A stretch of DNA of 64,000 bases from Deltaproteobacteria bacterium (GCA_038133845.1 JAYPUA010000015.1:2268-66267), one strand, 5' to 3'. Counted from the stretch's first letter, positions 1 through 9,682 are shown. Numbers and translations are program-made. The notes: a model not told the origin generated them from the letters alone.

Positions 1-1
1 C

Positions 2-727
2 CGCTTTGCACATGACCAGGTCTGGGACGAACGCCTTCCGGAGACACGGATGCCGTTCCCCGACCTCGTCAAGCAGGCCTACATGGAGCGCATCAGCCTG
101 GGTGAGCGGGGTTTCTATCGCACTCCCGGGGTCGACTTCAATCGGGAGACCGGGAGCGGCTATCCATTCTTCTACTACACCACCGGGGCTGCGGTGGCCG
201 AGGTGAGCATTGACAGATTCACCGGAAACCTTGCCCTGCGGCGGGCCGACCTGCTGATGGACATCGGCGAGTCCATCAATCCCGGGATCGACCGGGGCCA
301 GGTAATCGGCGGGTTCATCCAGGGCGTCGGTTGGGTCACCAACGAGGAACTGCGCTACTCGAGCGAGGGCGCGCTGCTCTCGCACTCTCCAACCACCTAC
401 AAGATCCCCAACATCCAGGACCTCCCGGAGATGCTGCAGGTGGACTTCATCCACAACCCGAACCACCAGATCAACGTCCGGCGCTCCAAGGCGATTGGCG
501 AGCCGCCGCTGATGCTCTGCATTTCGGTGTGGATGGCCGTCAAGCATGCCCTCTCCTGCGTCAGACCCGGGGTGATTCCCAGACTCAACCTCCCGGCAAC
601 CGGTGAAGAGATTCTCAAGCGGCTCAGCGAATTGGAGGGCTTCCCGGCGTTTCAAACTCCGGAGGCGGAGATTCCCCTGGTCGGAGTGAGCACACCGGCC
701 CCACCGGCCTCCTCCATCGCGGCCTGA
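2..727 (+). CDS. xdhB: Xanthine dehydrogenase molybdopterin-binding subunit, C-terminal part (5' truncated by window edge)
   Basis: Frame is open from position 2. C-terminal motifs GESINPGIDRGQVIGGFIQGVGW, TYKIP and SKAIGEPP are typical of XdhB. Confidence 0.9.
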   Translation, partial: RFAHDQVWDERLPETRMPFPDLVKQAYMERISLGERGFYRTPGVDFNRETGSGYPFFYYTTGAAVAEVSIDRFTGNLALRRADLLMDIGESINPGIDRGQVIGGFIQGVGWVTNEELRYSSEGALLSHSPTTYKIPNIQDLPEMLQVDFIHNPNHQINVRRSKAIGEPPLMLCISVWMAVKHALSCVRPGVIPRLNLPATGEEILKRLSELEGFPAFQTPEAEIPLVGVSTPAPPASSIAA

Positions 728-749
728 CCCCTTCTCAAACTCAGGAGAC

Positions 750-1322
750 GTGATGCGCTGGACCAGATCTCTGCTACACCGGCTGGGCGGAGGGCTCCTG
801 CTTGGAGCGCTCGCCGTGTCCTCGGCCTGGGCCGACCAGAACAGCCCTCGACTCGACGCCCTCTTTGGCCAACTGCACGTCGCCCGGAGTTCCTTTGAGG
901 CCGGGATGCTCGAACAGATGATCTGGGAGGTCTGGATTGAGCACGAAGACCCGCAGGTGCAGCGGCAGATGCGCTCCGCGGCAGACTTCATGAGCGCCCA
1001 GGAGTACGGGTCTGCCTTGGCACTCCTGGACACCGTGGTGGAGCAGGTCCCGGACTATGCCGAGGGCTGGAACCGAAGGGCGACCGTGCGCTTTCTGGCA
1101 GCAGACTACAAGGGGTCGGTAGAGGATATCGACCGCACGCTGGCGCTGGAGCCTCGACACTTCGGTGCACTCTCCGGATTGGGGCAGATCCGCATGATCC
1201 AGCAGCGCCCGGAGGAAGCGCTGGAGGCCTTTGAGCGCGCGCTGGAGGTCAACCCGCACATGCGCTCAGTCCGGACCATCCGAGACCGCCTGAAGCTTGG
1301 TCTGCAGCAGCAGGCCATCTGA
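750..1322 (+). CDS. Secreted tetratricopeptide-repeat protein
   Basis: Signal peptide (LLLGALAVSSAWA) followed by TPR helices (YAEGWNRRATVRF, HFGALSGLGQI, EEALEAFERALEVNP). Confidence 0.85.
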   Translation: MMRWTRSLLHRLGGGLLLGALAVSSAWADQNSPRLDALFGQLHVARSSFEAGMLEQMIWEVWIEHEDPQVQRQMRSAADFMSAQEYGSALALLDTVVEQVPDYAEGWNRRATVRFLAADYKGSVEDIDRTLALEPRHFGALSGLGQIRMIQQRPEEALEAFERALEVNPHMRSVRTIRDRLKLGLQQQAI

Positions 1323-1342
1323 ACCTTCCTGCCCTCCTCCGT

Positions 1343-1588
1343 ATGTCGACCTCGTCCCCTTCGGACACCTCGATCACGCTTGCCCCGCTGCATCGGGTGA
1401 CCTTTACCGTCACTCTCCATCCAGAACAACCTCACGCCGAGACGCGGCAACACGTGTTCTCTCTCCGGAGTCGTGTTCCAGAGCATGTGGAGGACTTCAT
1501 CTCCGCGCGGCTCTGGGATCTCTCCTTGCGCTACGAGTCCTTCTCCAGCAAGCAGTTCACCTACCAACTGGACGCCCTCACCTCCTGA
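1343..1588 (+). CDS. Hypothetical protein (81 aa)
   Basis: ORF fills the gap between the TPR gene and fmt on the same strand; no family recognised. Confidence 0.5.
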   Translation: MSTSSPSDTSITLAPLHRVTFTVTLHPEQPHAETRQHVFSLRSRVPEHVEDFISARLWDLSLRYESFSSKQFTYQLDALTS

Positions 1589-1669
1589 TCTCTTCAAAAA
1601 CGATTTGCGGGTCCGCCCTTTTCTGGGCAAACTAGCCCCTTGGTTCTTGGAGATGGACTTGGAAAGACA

Positions 1670-2617
1670 ATGAGATGGATATTCATGGGGACTCCGGAGT
1701 GGGCGCTGCCTTCTCTGGAGGCACTGCTCAATGCAGGAGAGGAAGTTGCGGGCGTGTTGACGCAGCCAGATCGACCCGTCGGCCGAAAGCAGGTGCAGAC
1801 GCCCTCTGCGGTCAAGGTGCGCGCACAGGAGCTGGGAATTCCCGTCTTCACCCCGGAGCGTGTGGGCGATTCGATTGGCCAAGAGGCGCTGAGGACGCTG
1901 CGTCCGGAGGCCCTGCTAGTCTGTGCCTACGGACAGCTTTTGCCACAATCGGTGCTGGACCTCCCGCCTCAAGGATGCTACAACCTGCACTTTTCCCTGC
2001 TGCCCCGGTGGCGCGGAGCCAGCCCAGTTCAGGCCGCAATTGCTGCCGGAGATGCTCACACCGGGGTGTCTCTGCAGAAGATGGTGATGAAATTGGATGC
2101 CGGCCCCCTCGTGGCCCGCTCAGAGGTTGTGCCGATTCAGGCACAGGACACGTCCGAGACTCTGGGAGCCCGGCTGGCTTCCTTGGGTGGCGAGTTGATC
2201 CGAGACGCTTTGCCGCTTCTGTCGGGTGGTGCTCCGGAGGCCCAGCCTCAGGATGAGGCTCAGGTTACCATCTGCCGCATCCTCCGCAAGGAGCAGGGGC
2301 GGATCCACTGGGATCAGGATACTGCCGTGAGCCTGGAGCGTCGGCTCCGGGCCTTCACCCCCTGGCCCGGGCTTTACTGTTTTGGTCCCGATGGGAAGCG
2401 GCTACAACTGACTCAGGTCGAGGCAAGAGCGGAGAGCGACGGAGGCTCGGAGGCCGCCTCCGTTCCCGGAATTGTGCTACCGGAGTTTTTTGTCGGGACC
2501 GCAGAGGGGACACTGCAGGTGCTGCGCCTCCGTCCGGAGGGCAAGGGAGAGATGACCGCTACCGAATTTCTCCGAGGGCGCTCCGACTGGGTGGGGAAAC
2601 ACCTGCGTGCCTCGTGA
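1670..2617 (+). CDS. fmt: Methionyl-tRNA formyltransferase
   Basis: MRWIFMGTPEWA N-terminus, HFSLLPRWRGASP and DAGP motifs. Start placed at ATG 1670. Confidence 0.95.
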   Translation: MRWIFMGTPEWALPSLEALLNAGEEVAGVLTQPDRPVGRKQVQTPSAVKVRAQELGIPVFTPERVGDSIGQEALRTLRPEALLVCAYGQLLPQSVLDLPPQGCYNLHFSLLPRWRGASPVQAAIAAGDAHTGVSLQKMVMKLDAGPLVARSEVVPIQAQDTSETLGARLASLGGELIRDALPLLSGGAPEAQPQDEAQVTICRILRKEQGRIHWDQDTAVSLERRLRAFTPWPGLYCFGPDGKRLQLTQVEARAESDGGSEAASVPGIVLPEFFVGTAEGTLQVLRLRPEGKGEMTATEFLRGRSDWVGKHLRAS

Positions 2618-2718
2618 GCCGGTGACCCAGCTCCCCAACTCGATCTTCTGCAGGCTCGCGCCTGCTGCTTTGAAATCCTGGAGCAGTCGCTTTTGCTCCT
2701 CCTTTGCTCAGGGTCTTC

Positions 2719-3492
2719 ATGCCCACAGTCATTTCATTTGCCAGCCAGAAAGGGGGCGTGGGGAAAACCACGTCGGCCATTCACCTCGCCTCAGCCTTTG
2801 CGCTCGGGGGCTACCGAACCTTGCTGATGGACCTCGACCCACAAGGCTCGGTTCACTCGGCCCTGGGCATCTCCAAGCGTCCGGAACGGGGAGTGCAGGA
2901 GTTGTTCTGCGACTCCGAGATCCCGATCAAGGACCTGATTCAGCACAGCGAACACGAGAACCTGGAGTACCTGCTCTCCAACATGGGGCAACTGACGGAG
3001 GAGCGAGAGGTATTGCAGGCCGCCTCGGACTACTACTTTCTGACTCAGCGGCTGGAGGAACTCCCGGAGAATGAGTATGACTTCATCCTGATCGACTCTC
3101 CGGCAGCAATCAACTCCTTGAGCATCAACGGCGTGATCGCCGCAGATCTGGTCATCGTTCCGCTCCAGTGCGAGGCCTTGGCCATCAAGTCGCTCAAGCG
3201 CTTCCTGTCGGCCTTCCGCGAGTTGCAGAGCAGCGTGGAACCCAACCTCCGAATCGCCGGGGTGCTGCTGACCATGTACAATCGGGGGATTCGTGCGCAC
3301 CAGCAGGTGGTGAGGCAGGTCTATCAGGCGCTGGGAGACTCGGTCTTTGAGACCATCATCCCGGAGTGTCCTCACATCGTCGAGGCAAGCGCACTGGGAG
3401 TGGATGTGATTCGGCAGCGCCTCAACTCCATCGGAGCGACGGGCTACATTCGGCTGGCCAATGAGTTGCTGGACCGCTTCCGGTTGCGCTAG
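2719..3492 (+). CDS. parA: ParA/Soj family ATPase
   Basis: Deviant Walker A KGGVGKTT, DLDPQGS, IDSPAA and VIVPLQCE motifs. Confidence 0.9.
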   Translation: MPTVISFASQKGGVGKTTSAIHLASAFALGGYRTLLMDLDPQGSVHSALGISKRPERGVQELFCDSEIPIKDLIQHSEHENLEYLLSNMGQLTEEREVLQAASDYYFLTQRLEELPENEYDFILIDSPAAINSLSINGVIAADLVIVPLQCEALAIKSLKRFLSAFRELQSSVEPNLRIAGVLLTMYNRGIRAHQQVVRQVYQALGDSVFETIIPECPHIVEASALGVDVIRQRLNSIGATGYIRLANELLDRFRLR

Positions 3493-4496
3493 CGCTTCTT
3501 GCGGCTGAGATCAAACAGCCTTCCACGCAGTTCTCCAAGGATTTCGTGGATGGGCATGTCCGGCATTTCCTCCCAACCCATCGTCCGGAGAATGTAGGCC
3601 AGCAGCAACGGCCGCCGCATGCCTCGGTCTTCCCAGATGCGGTGAATCTCCTCATGCTCTCGGGGCAGGGGGCGTCCGTCGATGTCGCGGCGCAAGAGAA
3701 ACTTGAGGGCCGAGTCCGGATACTCGCCAACAAACAGGGCCATCGAGGCCGCCGTGATCTCTCCGTTGCCAAAGACCACGTCTGCTTCGTCATCCGTCAC
3801 CTGAGCGAGCCCCAGTTTGCCTCCTTCCAGTTCCTCCAGATCGTCCAACTCGTCGAGATCTCCCGCAGGGAGTTCGACATCCAGCAGGTTGGCCGCAGAG
3901 ACCTCTTCAACAGAAGTCACAACCACTTCTTCCTCCAACGGTTCCTCCTCGAACTCTTCAGAGAGCGCCGCCGCTGAGGTAACTGTCCCCTCTGAATCGT
4001 CTCCGGCGATCTCCGACTCAACAGGAATCTCCAGGCTCTCTTCCGACAGTTCCTCCTGAACCGAGGCTTCTCCGGCCTCCAGTTCTTCGGCTACTGGGAT
4101 CTCCAGATCCTCCTCGGTGGAGGACTCCATTTCCGGACCTTCCTTCCCTGCGGCGCGGCGCCTGCGACGGTGCCCTTCCAGGTAGTCTCGGACGCGGGTA
4201 AAGGGAGGGAGTGGATTTTCAGGGATGAACTCTGGATCCAGAAAACGTCCTGCTCGGCGCAGTCGTTCATAGGTAACCGCAGGGGTCTGTTCGGACGTGT
4301 CCTCAACAAGTCTTAGGATGTCCTGAGGCATCACCCAGCCACTCGCCGGACGAGCCTTCGCCGGAACTCGGGCGCGGGAGGTCTGACGCGATTCATCGGA
4401 GAGGTGCGGGGATTCCGGATCGTGAACGGAGGCTGGGAGGTGGCGTTTCCAGAAGCCGTCCAGCAGAGCTTCGGCCTGGAAGCCGGAGAGAGGCAT
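3489..4496 (-). CDS. Hypothetical protein with long acidic low-complexity central region
   Basis: 335-aa ORF whose ATG overlaps the stop of the upstream flaG-like gene (TGATG). E/D-rich middle, predicted-helical C-terminal domain. Confidence 0.75.
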   Translation of the reverse strand: MPLSGFQAEALLDGFWKRHLPASVHDPESPHLSDESRQTSRARVPAKARPASGWVMPQDILRLVEDTSEQTPAVTYERLRRAGRFLDPEFIPENPLPPFTRVRDYLEGHRRRRRAAGKEGPEMESSTEEDLEIPVAEELEAGEASVQEELSEESLEIPVESEIAGDDSEGTVTSAAALSEEFEEEPLEEEVVVTSVEEVSAANLLDVELPAGDLDELDDLEELEGGKLGLAQVTDDEADVVFGNGEITAASMALFVGEYPDSALKFLLRRDIDGRPLPREHEEIHRIWEDRGMRRPLLLAYILRTMGWEEMPDMPIHEILGELRGRLFDLSRKKR

Positions 4497-4834
4497 CAGG
4501 CCTTGGTGCGGTAGACCATGCCGACTTCCTTCAGCAAGGCTCCGCTTCGGAGGATCCGTTCGAGGGGGTACTCGTGGAGGACTCGTCCTCCCTTCTGCAA
4601 TTGAATGAGGGTCTTGCCCGCGATCTCGATGGGGACGAACTCCATGGAGCGGGTTCGAGGGTGACGCTGCAGGCGAGAGTTGGCCTGCAGGACCAGGCGC
4701 CGCAGCTTGAGGCGGTCCAGGCGAGACTCTTCGGGCAAGGTGGACTCTGTGCGAGCCGGAGCCACCGGGCTTCCCGATTCAACAATCGGGGCGCTGTGTC
4801 CCACTGCTCCAACGGCATCCATGTTGATCGACAT
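4496..4834 (-). CDS. FlaG-like flagellar protein (divergent)
   Basis: Size 112 aa and C-terminal pattern (GRVLHEYPLERIL...G.VYRTKA) resemble FlaG (vIrqiPpeevl...G.l.d..a); flagellar context. Confidence 0.55.
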   Translation of the reverse strand: MSINMDAVGAVGHSAPIVESGSPVAPARTESTLPEESRLDRLKLRRLVLQANSRLQRHPRTRSMEFVPIEIAGKTLIQLQKGGRVLHEYPLERILRSGALLKEVGMVYRTKA

Positions 4835-4835
4835 C

Positions 4836-5303
4836 TCAGGCCTTGTTCTGACGGCGTAGGTTCATCAGCCGACCGGCACGACCGGCACCAGGCTGAATGT
4901 AGTTGACTTGATTGCGCAGTTGTCCGATCTCCCGAGACAGCTCTTGCCGATCCTTTTGGAGACGGGTCATGAACGAGTTTTCGGCTTCTTGAATCTGCTC
5001 CAGCAGTCGAGCCGATAACCGGAGCTGGCGAACCTCCCGATAGTTCGGGGGGCGCCGATGCCGCGCCCCCCAGCTTTCCATAAGCTGGTCCAGCTTCCGG
5101 AGCTCTTCCATGAGCTGCTCTTTCCGACCGAGCAGGAGTTCCAACTCGGCCGGTTCCATCGGTTCTCGAATCGCAAGCTGCTGCTGACTCAGCTCAACCC
5201 ACTGTTTGAGTTGGTCATTCTTGCGTTCGAGGATCAAGATCAAATCGCTGTCCGCGAGTGCTTCATCACTTGCCAATGCAGAACTCAGCGAAGATTTTTC
5301 CAA
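4836..5303 (-). CDS. FlgN/FliT-like coiled-coil flagellar chaperone (start uncertain)
   Basis: Helical heptad pattern (LLGRKEQLMEELRKLDQ; LLEQIQEAENSF) and flagellar context. The TTG start overlaps the mnmE 3' end, so the real start may be later. Confidence 0.55.
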   Translation of the reverse strand: MEKSSLSSALASDEALADSDLILILERKNDQLKQWVELSQQQLAIREPMEPAELELLLGRKEQLMEELRKLDQLMESWGARHRRPPNYREVRQLRLSARLLEQIQEAENSFMTRLQKDRQELSREIGQLRNQVNYIQPGAGRAGRLMNLRRQNKA

Positions 5304-6633
5304 GCAGGTCGTCCGGAGTGGTCGCTCCGACGATGGCCCCCAAGGCGTTGAGAGCCGTCCTCAGGTCCACCGCGAGGCACTCCTCTCCAACGTCCTGCAC
5401 CAGTCCATCTCTCACCCACTCCAACGCCTCCAGCGCTCGCTCTGCGGACTGCTGTTGTCGCAGGTTGGTGATCCAGATCTCTTCTCCTGCGGGGACCTCG
5501 CCCATCATGGCCTTGCGTACCAGCAAGGCTTCCAGCAATTCCAGACCCTCTCCTGTACGGGCGGAGAGCAACACCTGCTCTCCGGGAAGCTCCGGATGCA
5601 GCCAATGTGGAGGCTGAGAGCAAAGATCCATCTTGTTCAGCACAGTCACTGTGCGCTCTGGATCAGCCTCCTCGAGCAGCTGAAGACTCTCCGGACCGAG
5701 CGGGCGCGAGGCGTCCAGCAGGATCAGGGTCAGATCTGCCTGCTGCCAGGCGTTGCGGGATCGACGAATTCCTTCCTGCTCCACCACATCTGCAGTGGTC
5801 CGGATCCCTGCGGTGTCAATGATCCGGAAGGCGAGGCCTTTGAGGTGCAGTCTTTCTTCCAGACTGTCTCGCGTGGTCCCCGGAATCTCTGTGACGATCG
5901 CCCGCTGTTCTCGGAGCAGCGCGTTCATCAGCGAGGACTTCCCCACGTTGGGTTCGCCGATCAATGCAAGCGACACACCTTCGCGCATCCGGCGTCCCTG
6001 GTCCGCATGTTCCAACATGTGACGCAGGTCTGCAGAGGCTTGATCGATGCGCTTCAGGCAGTCCTCGTGATGGGTGAAGACGGTCCCTTCTTCCGGAAAC
6101 TCGATGCAGGCCTCCACTAGCGCCGCGACCTGTGCCACTTGCTCCTCGATCGCCTCAATCGCACGAAAGAGCTTGCCACGCAGCTGGCGGACTGCCACCT
6201 GACGTCCGGACTCGGAGCGCGCGTGGATCAGGTCCGAGACCGCCTCCACCTGGGTCAGGTCCAGTCGGCCGTTCAGGAAGGCTCTCCGGGTAAACTCTCC
6301 TGGCTCCGCGAGCCGGGCTCCGTTTTCCAAAACCATCCGGACCATGGCTTCCAGCGTCAGCGGGCTGCCGTGGCCTTGAATCTCTACAACCGTCTCCGCC
6401 GTGTAGGAGCGGGGGGCGCGCATCACTGCCACCAGGACCTCATCCAAAGGCTCCCCCGCTTTACTCATGATCCAGCCATGACTCAGCCGATGAGACGGCA
6501 CCCGATGCAGATCGGCTCCCTGAAAGTGTGTGGCGACACACTCCACGGCGCGGGGACCGCTGATGCGAAGGACTCCAATTCCGGATGGCTGCGGAGCCGT
6601 CGCGATGGCGACGATGGTATCGTCGAGGTGCAT
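5266..6633 (-). CDS. mnmE: tRNA modification GTPase MnmE
   Basis: DTIVAIATA, PRSYTAE, GEFTRRAFLNGRLDLTQVEAV, GEPNVGKSS, GTTRD, DTAG, NKMD and C-terminal FCIGK. Confidence 0.97.
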   Translation of the reverse strand: MHLDDTIVAIATAPQPSGIGVLRISGPRAVECVATHFQGADLHRVPSHRLSHGWIMSKAGEPLDEVLVAVMRAPRSYTAETVVEIQGHGSPLTLEAMVRMVLENGARLAEPGEFTRRAFLNGRLDLTQVEAVSDLIHARSESGRQVAVRQLRGKLFRAIEAIEEQVAQVAALVEACIEFPEEGTVFTHHEDCLKRIDQASADLRHMLEHADQGRRMREGVSLALIGEPNVGKSSLMNALLREQRAIVTEIPGTTRDSLEERLHLKGLAFRIIDTAGIRTTADVVEQEGIRRSRNAWQQADLTLILLDASRPLGPESLQLLEEADPERTVTVLNKMDLCSQPPHWLHPELPGEQVLLSARTGEGLELLEALLVRKAMMGEVPAGEEIWITNLRQQQSAERALEALEWVRDGLVQDVGEECLAVDLRTALNALGAIVGATTPDDLLGKIFAEFCIGK

Positions 6634-8096
6634 TACATCAGCGAGTGGACGTGTCTCACCGGAATGGAAGCAGCCTGCACATCCAGCAGCACCCGTAGGG
6701 CATTCTCCCGGATGCGATGGCTGTGGGCCAACAAGGCCATGCTCGCCTCGGTCACAATCTGGCGCCGGGTAAAGTCTGCCAGCTCCTTGGCCAGATCCAC
6801 GTCTCGGACAATTGATTCGGCGCTGCCGACGCTTTCCTGAGTCAGCCGCAAGACCGAATCGTGGTGGTCCAGAGAACGCTGTACCGACCCCAGATATCCG
6901 CGCACCGAAAGGAGCTGCTCCGTTGCACCATCAACCATCCGGACGGCATCGGCAGCCGACTGAGGTGAATCAAAATTGATGTCAGCCAGGCTATTGAACC
7001 CGCTGTTGTTCGGAACCCCTCGTCCCAACGCAGAGGAGTGGATGTTGGCCAGCGTGATCGGCATCTGCTGCCCAGCCTCCGTTCCAATCTGGAAGCGCGG
7101 TGCGTTCTGACGTACCGTGATCGAGCCGACACTTCCGGTCGAACTGCCCAAATAGGCGACCTGCAGGCCACTGGTGAACTCGTTGGAGGCCTTTCCAGTC
7201 AGGTAGGCTCCGTTCCCCATCGCCGGTTCTTCGTTGATGGAGCCCGCGATGTCAGTTCCAAAGTACAGCTCCGGTTCATTGGCCGAACTGGTCAGCACCC
7301 CGTCCTTGGACGTTGTGATCATGAACCCCTTGGCCAGTCCGTAGTCCTTGTGCTCAATCCGGATGTCCTCGTCATCATGCGTGATGGCGAGATTCATGTT
7401 TGCGTCCAGCACTGCCTGCGCGAGCCTGGTGTAGAGGCCTTCGGCACTGCTGAGCGGGTTGGCATGCACCGTCACTGCTCGCCCATCCTCCTCTTCGAGC
7501 ACAATTGTCAGTCCGGAGGCGTCATCATCATCCATGCTGCCTTCAAACACGGCACGTCGAGGCAACCGGGTAACCTCCACCGAGTAACCGTTGACCGGCG
7601 AACTCAGTGTCTCGGCTCCAGAGCGGATGAACACCAGCTCCGAGTTGTTGCTCGTTCCGACCGATCCCTGGCTTCCATCCAGCAGGTTCTTCCGACCAAA
7701 CTGGGTATTCCGTGAGAGGCGGTCGATGCCGTCAAGTGCCGTCTTCAATTCACTTTGAAAACCGGCGACGGTTGCCAGATCGTAGGGATCTGTATTTGCG
7801 GCGGCAAGGGCTGTCTGGCGAAGTCCCATGAGCAGTCGGGTCGCTACATTGATCGCATCGTCTGCCGTCTGGACGATGGAAAGCGAGAGTGCCGTATTCT
7901 CCAGAGCCTGTTCCACACTGGCCAACTGGGCCCGTAGTTGCTCCGACAGGATCAGGCTGGCCGGACCATCCGCAGCCCGGGTGAGTTTGCTTCCTGATGC
8001 CAGGCGTTCCAGAGAACGCGCCAGAGCGTTGTGGTTGACCGCAAGGTAATGAAGCGGATCCGGAGTCAGGCCGTCATTGCGTATTCCCAGAATCAT
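6633..8096 (-). CDS. Divergent long flagellin-like protein (487 aa)
   Basis: SLERLASGSKLTRAADGPASL, NTQFGRKNLLDGS, FQIG and IVRDVDLAKELADF; degenerate termini and a C-terminal extension. Confidence 0.85.
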   Translation of the reverse strand: MILGIRNDGLTPDPLHYLAVNHNALARSLERLASGSKLTRAADGPASLILSEQLRAQLASVEQALENTALSLSIVQTADDAINVATRLLMGLRQTALAAANTDPYDLATVAGFQSELKTALDGIDRLSRNTQFGRKNLLDGSQGSVGTSNNSELVFIRSGAETLSSPVNGYSVEVTRLPRRAVFEGSMDDDDASGLTIVLEEEDGRAVTVHANPLSSAEGLYTRLAQAVLDANMNLAITHDDEDIRIEHKDYGLAKGFMITTSKDGVLTSSANEPELYFGTDIAGSINEEPAMGNGAYLTGKASNEFTSGLQVAYLGSSTGSVGSITVRQNAPRFQIGTEAGQQMPITLANIHSSALGRGVPNNSGFNSLADINFDSPQSAADAVRMVDGATEQLLSVRGYLGSVQRSLDHHDSVLRLTQESVGSAESIVRDVDLAKELADFTRRQIVTEASMALLAHSHRIRENALRVLLDVQAASIPVRHVHSLM

Positions 8097-8189
8097 GACA
8101 GTTCACTCAAGTGAGTGGGTCCGGGATTCAGGAGCCTCCACCTTCCCGGGACCTCCCTGGGGGAAATCCCGGAAGTTGGGTGGAAGTCC

Positions 8190-9101
8190 TCAGGCGTTGA
8201 TCAAGCGCATCACGTTTTGTGGCATCACGTTGGCTTGAGCCAACTGAGCCATGGCGGACTGCGTCATGATCTGGTTCCGGGTGAACGTGGCCATCTCGGA
8301 GGCCATGTCCGTATCCCGGATCACCGACTCGGCTGCGGTCAAGTTCTCCTGAGCGACACGCAGGCTGGTCAGGTTGCTCTCCAGAGTGTTTTTCTGGAAG
8401 GCACCCAGCTCCCCACGGATGGTGGCGATCTGCTGAATCGCTGCGTCCACCATGCCGATGGAATCCTGAGCCCCGCTAGTCGATGTCACGTCGATGTCTG
8501 CCAAGGAGGCGAAGCCACTTCCGTTGCTCACCGACTCTACGGTCTTGCCCACCATCCGGCCGTTTTCACGCTGAATCGTGACGTTGAAGCCCAGATTCTG
8601 GGAAGCGACGCTGGGCAGTTCCACCGAGGTGGTCTGTCCGGCGTTTGCTCCAACCTGGAAGCTCAGGGTGGAGTTCTCTCCATTGAGCAGCTTCTTGCGG
8701 GCAAACTGCGTGTTGTCAGCAATCCGGTCGATGGCCATCAGGGCGTTCTCGATCTCTTGCTGGGAAGCCTCACGCATGGCCTCATCGTTGGTTCCTTCGT
8801 TGGAAGCGGCGATGGCCTGCTGGCGGATGTCGACGAGCAATCGACCCACTTCGTTCAGAGCGCCTTCTGCGGTCTGGACCATGGTGACGGCCGCTTCGTT
8901 GTTGCGAGTTGCCTGCTCCAACCCGCTGACCTGAGCCCGCATGTACTCCGAGATCACCAGGCTGGCAGGGCCATCTGCACCCCGGTTGATCTTCAGACCT
9001 GAAGACAAGCGCTCCAGGCTCTTGCCCATAGCTTCGGAGTTTTGGGTAAGGTTGCGGTGAGCAATGTTGGCACCGACGTTGTTGTTGATGCGAAGAGTCA
9101 T
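8190..9101 (-). CDS. fliC: Short flagellin (303 aa)
   Basis: LRINNN, SLERLSSGLKINRGADGPA, FQVGAN, RGELGAFQ, ESVIRDTDMASEM, AQLAQAN. Confidence 0.95.
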   Translation of the reverse strand: MTLRINNNVGANIAHRNLTQNSEAMGKSLERLSSGLKINRGADGPASLVISEYMRAQVSGLEQATRNNEAAVTMVQTAEGALNEVGRLLVDIRQQAIAASNEGTNDEAMREASQQEIENALMAIDRIADNTQFARKKLLNGENSTLSFQVGANAGQTTSVELPSVASQNLGFNVTIQRENGRMVGKTVESVSNGSGFASLADIDVTSTSGAQDSIGMVDAAIQQIATIRGELGAFQKNTLESNLTSLRVAQENLTAAESVIRDTDMASEMATFTRNQIMTQSAMAQLAQANVMPQNVMRLINA

Positions 9102-9104
9102 AAT

Positions 9105-9200
9105 TCCTCTTTAGGGTCAAGAAGTTGAGTAGAGATTCCTCCTGGAAATAAGCATCTCCTCCAATGAGATGCTCTCAACGTGGGATCCACCTTCCGATGG
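9105..9200 (-). promoter_or_regulatory. Flagellin 5' leader with GGA-containing hairpin (putative CsrA sites)
   Basis: Minus strand AGCATCTC-ATTGGAG-GAGATGCT stem with GGA in the loop, plus CCAGGAGGAA. Similar to the leader of the 12613 flagellin. Confidence 0.4.
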
Positions 9201-9301
9201 TGTCGCTTAGAACCTGATGTCAATTTCAGGCCTTTCCCATGCTCCTCTTGGAGCTGCGACTGACGAAACCTGCTCGGAACCTCCGCAACCGGCTAAGGAG
9301 C

Positions 9302-9323
9302 GGACCACCGTCCATGGCAATCC
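9302..9323. promoter_or_regulatory. Conserved 22-nt motif ~200 bp upstream of flagellin, copy 1
   Basis: GGACCACCGTCCATGGCAATCC; 20/22 identical to 12810-12831. Confidence 0.55.
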
Positions 9324-9370
9324 GCGTAAGCGGGAACCGAGGCTTTCGCCACAATAAAGACGTGTTGCCT

Positions 9371-9682
9371 TCAGCAGTACTGCGTTGACAACAGACGTTG
9401 CAAGGCCTGAGACGCCTGCTCCAGTCCCAGCCCGGAGCCTTCACTGCCGGAAGGGGCCGAGGCCGCCAGCGCACTTGCAACAGGGAGCTTGATGGAGACC
9501 GGTCCCAAGGCATCAAGCCGGGAACCCAGCCGGGATTCTCGATTCACACAACGGTCAATCGAGTCCAATGCGGCCTGAACCGCAAAAGCCTCACCTATCC
9601 CGGGGGATTCCGGGATCTCGGATTGCGGCTTTAACACGCGTCGGAGGTTCAGTTCCGAGCGGTCTTGAGGATCACGCCACAT
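9371..9682 (-). CDS. Orphan small protein A (103 aa), paralog of 12852-13190
   Basis: ATG preceded by AGGAG. Shares MW.D, ALDSIDR/ALESIDR and C-terminal E.A.QAL..LLST..C with its paralog. Confidence 0.7.
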   Translation of the reverse strand: MWRDPQDRSELNLRRVLKPQSEIPESPGIGEAFAVQAALDSIDRCVNRESRLGSRLDALGPVSIKLPVASALAASAPSGSEGSGLGLEQASQALQRLLSTQYC

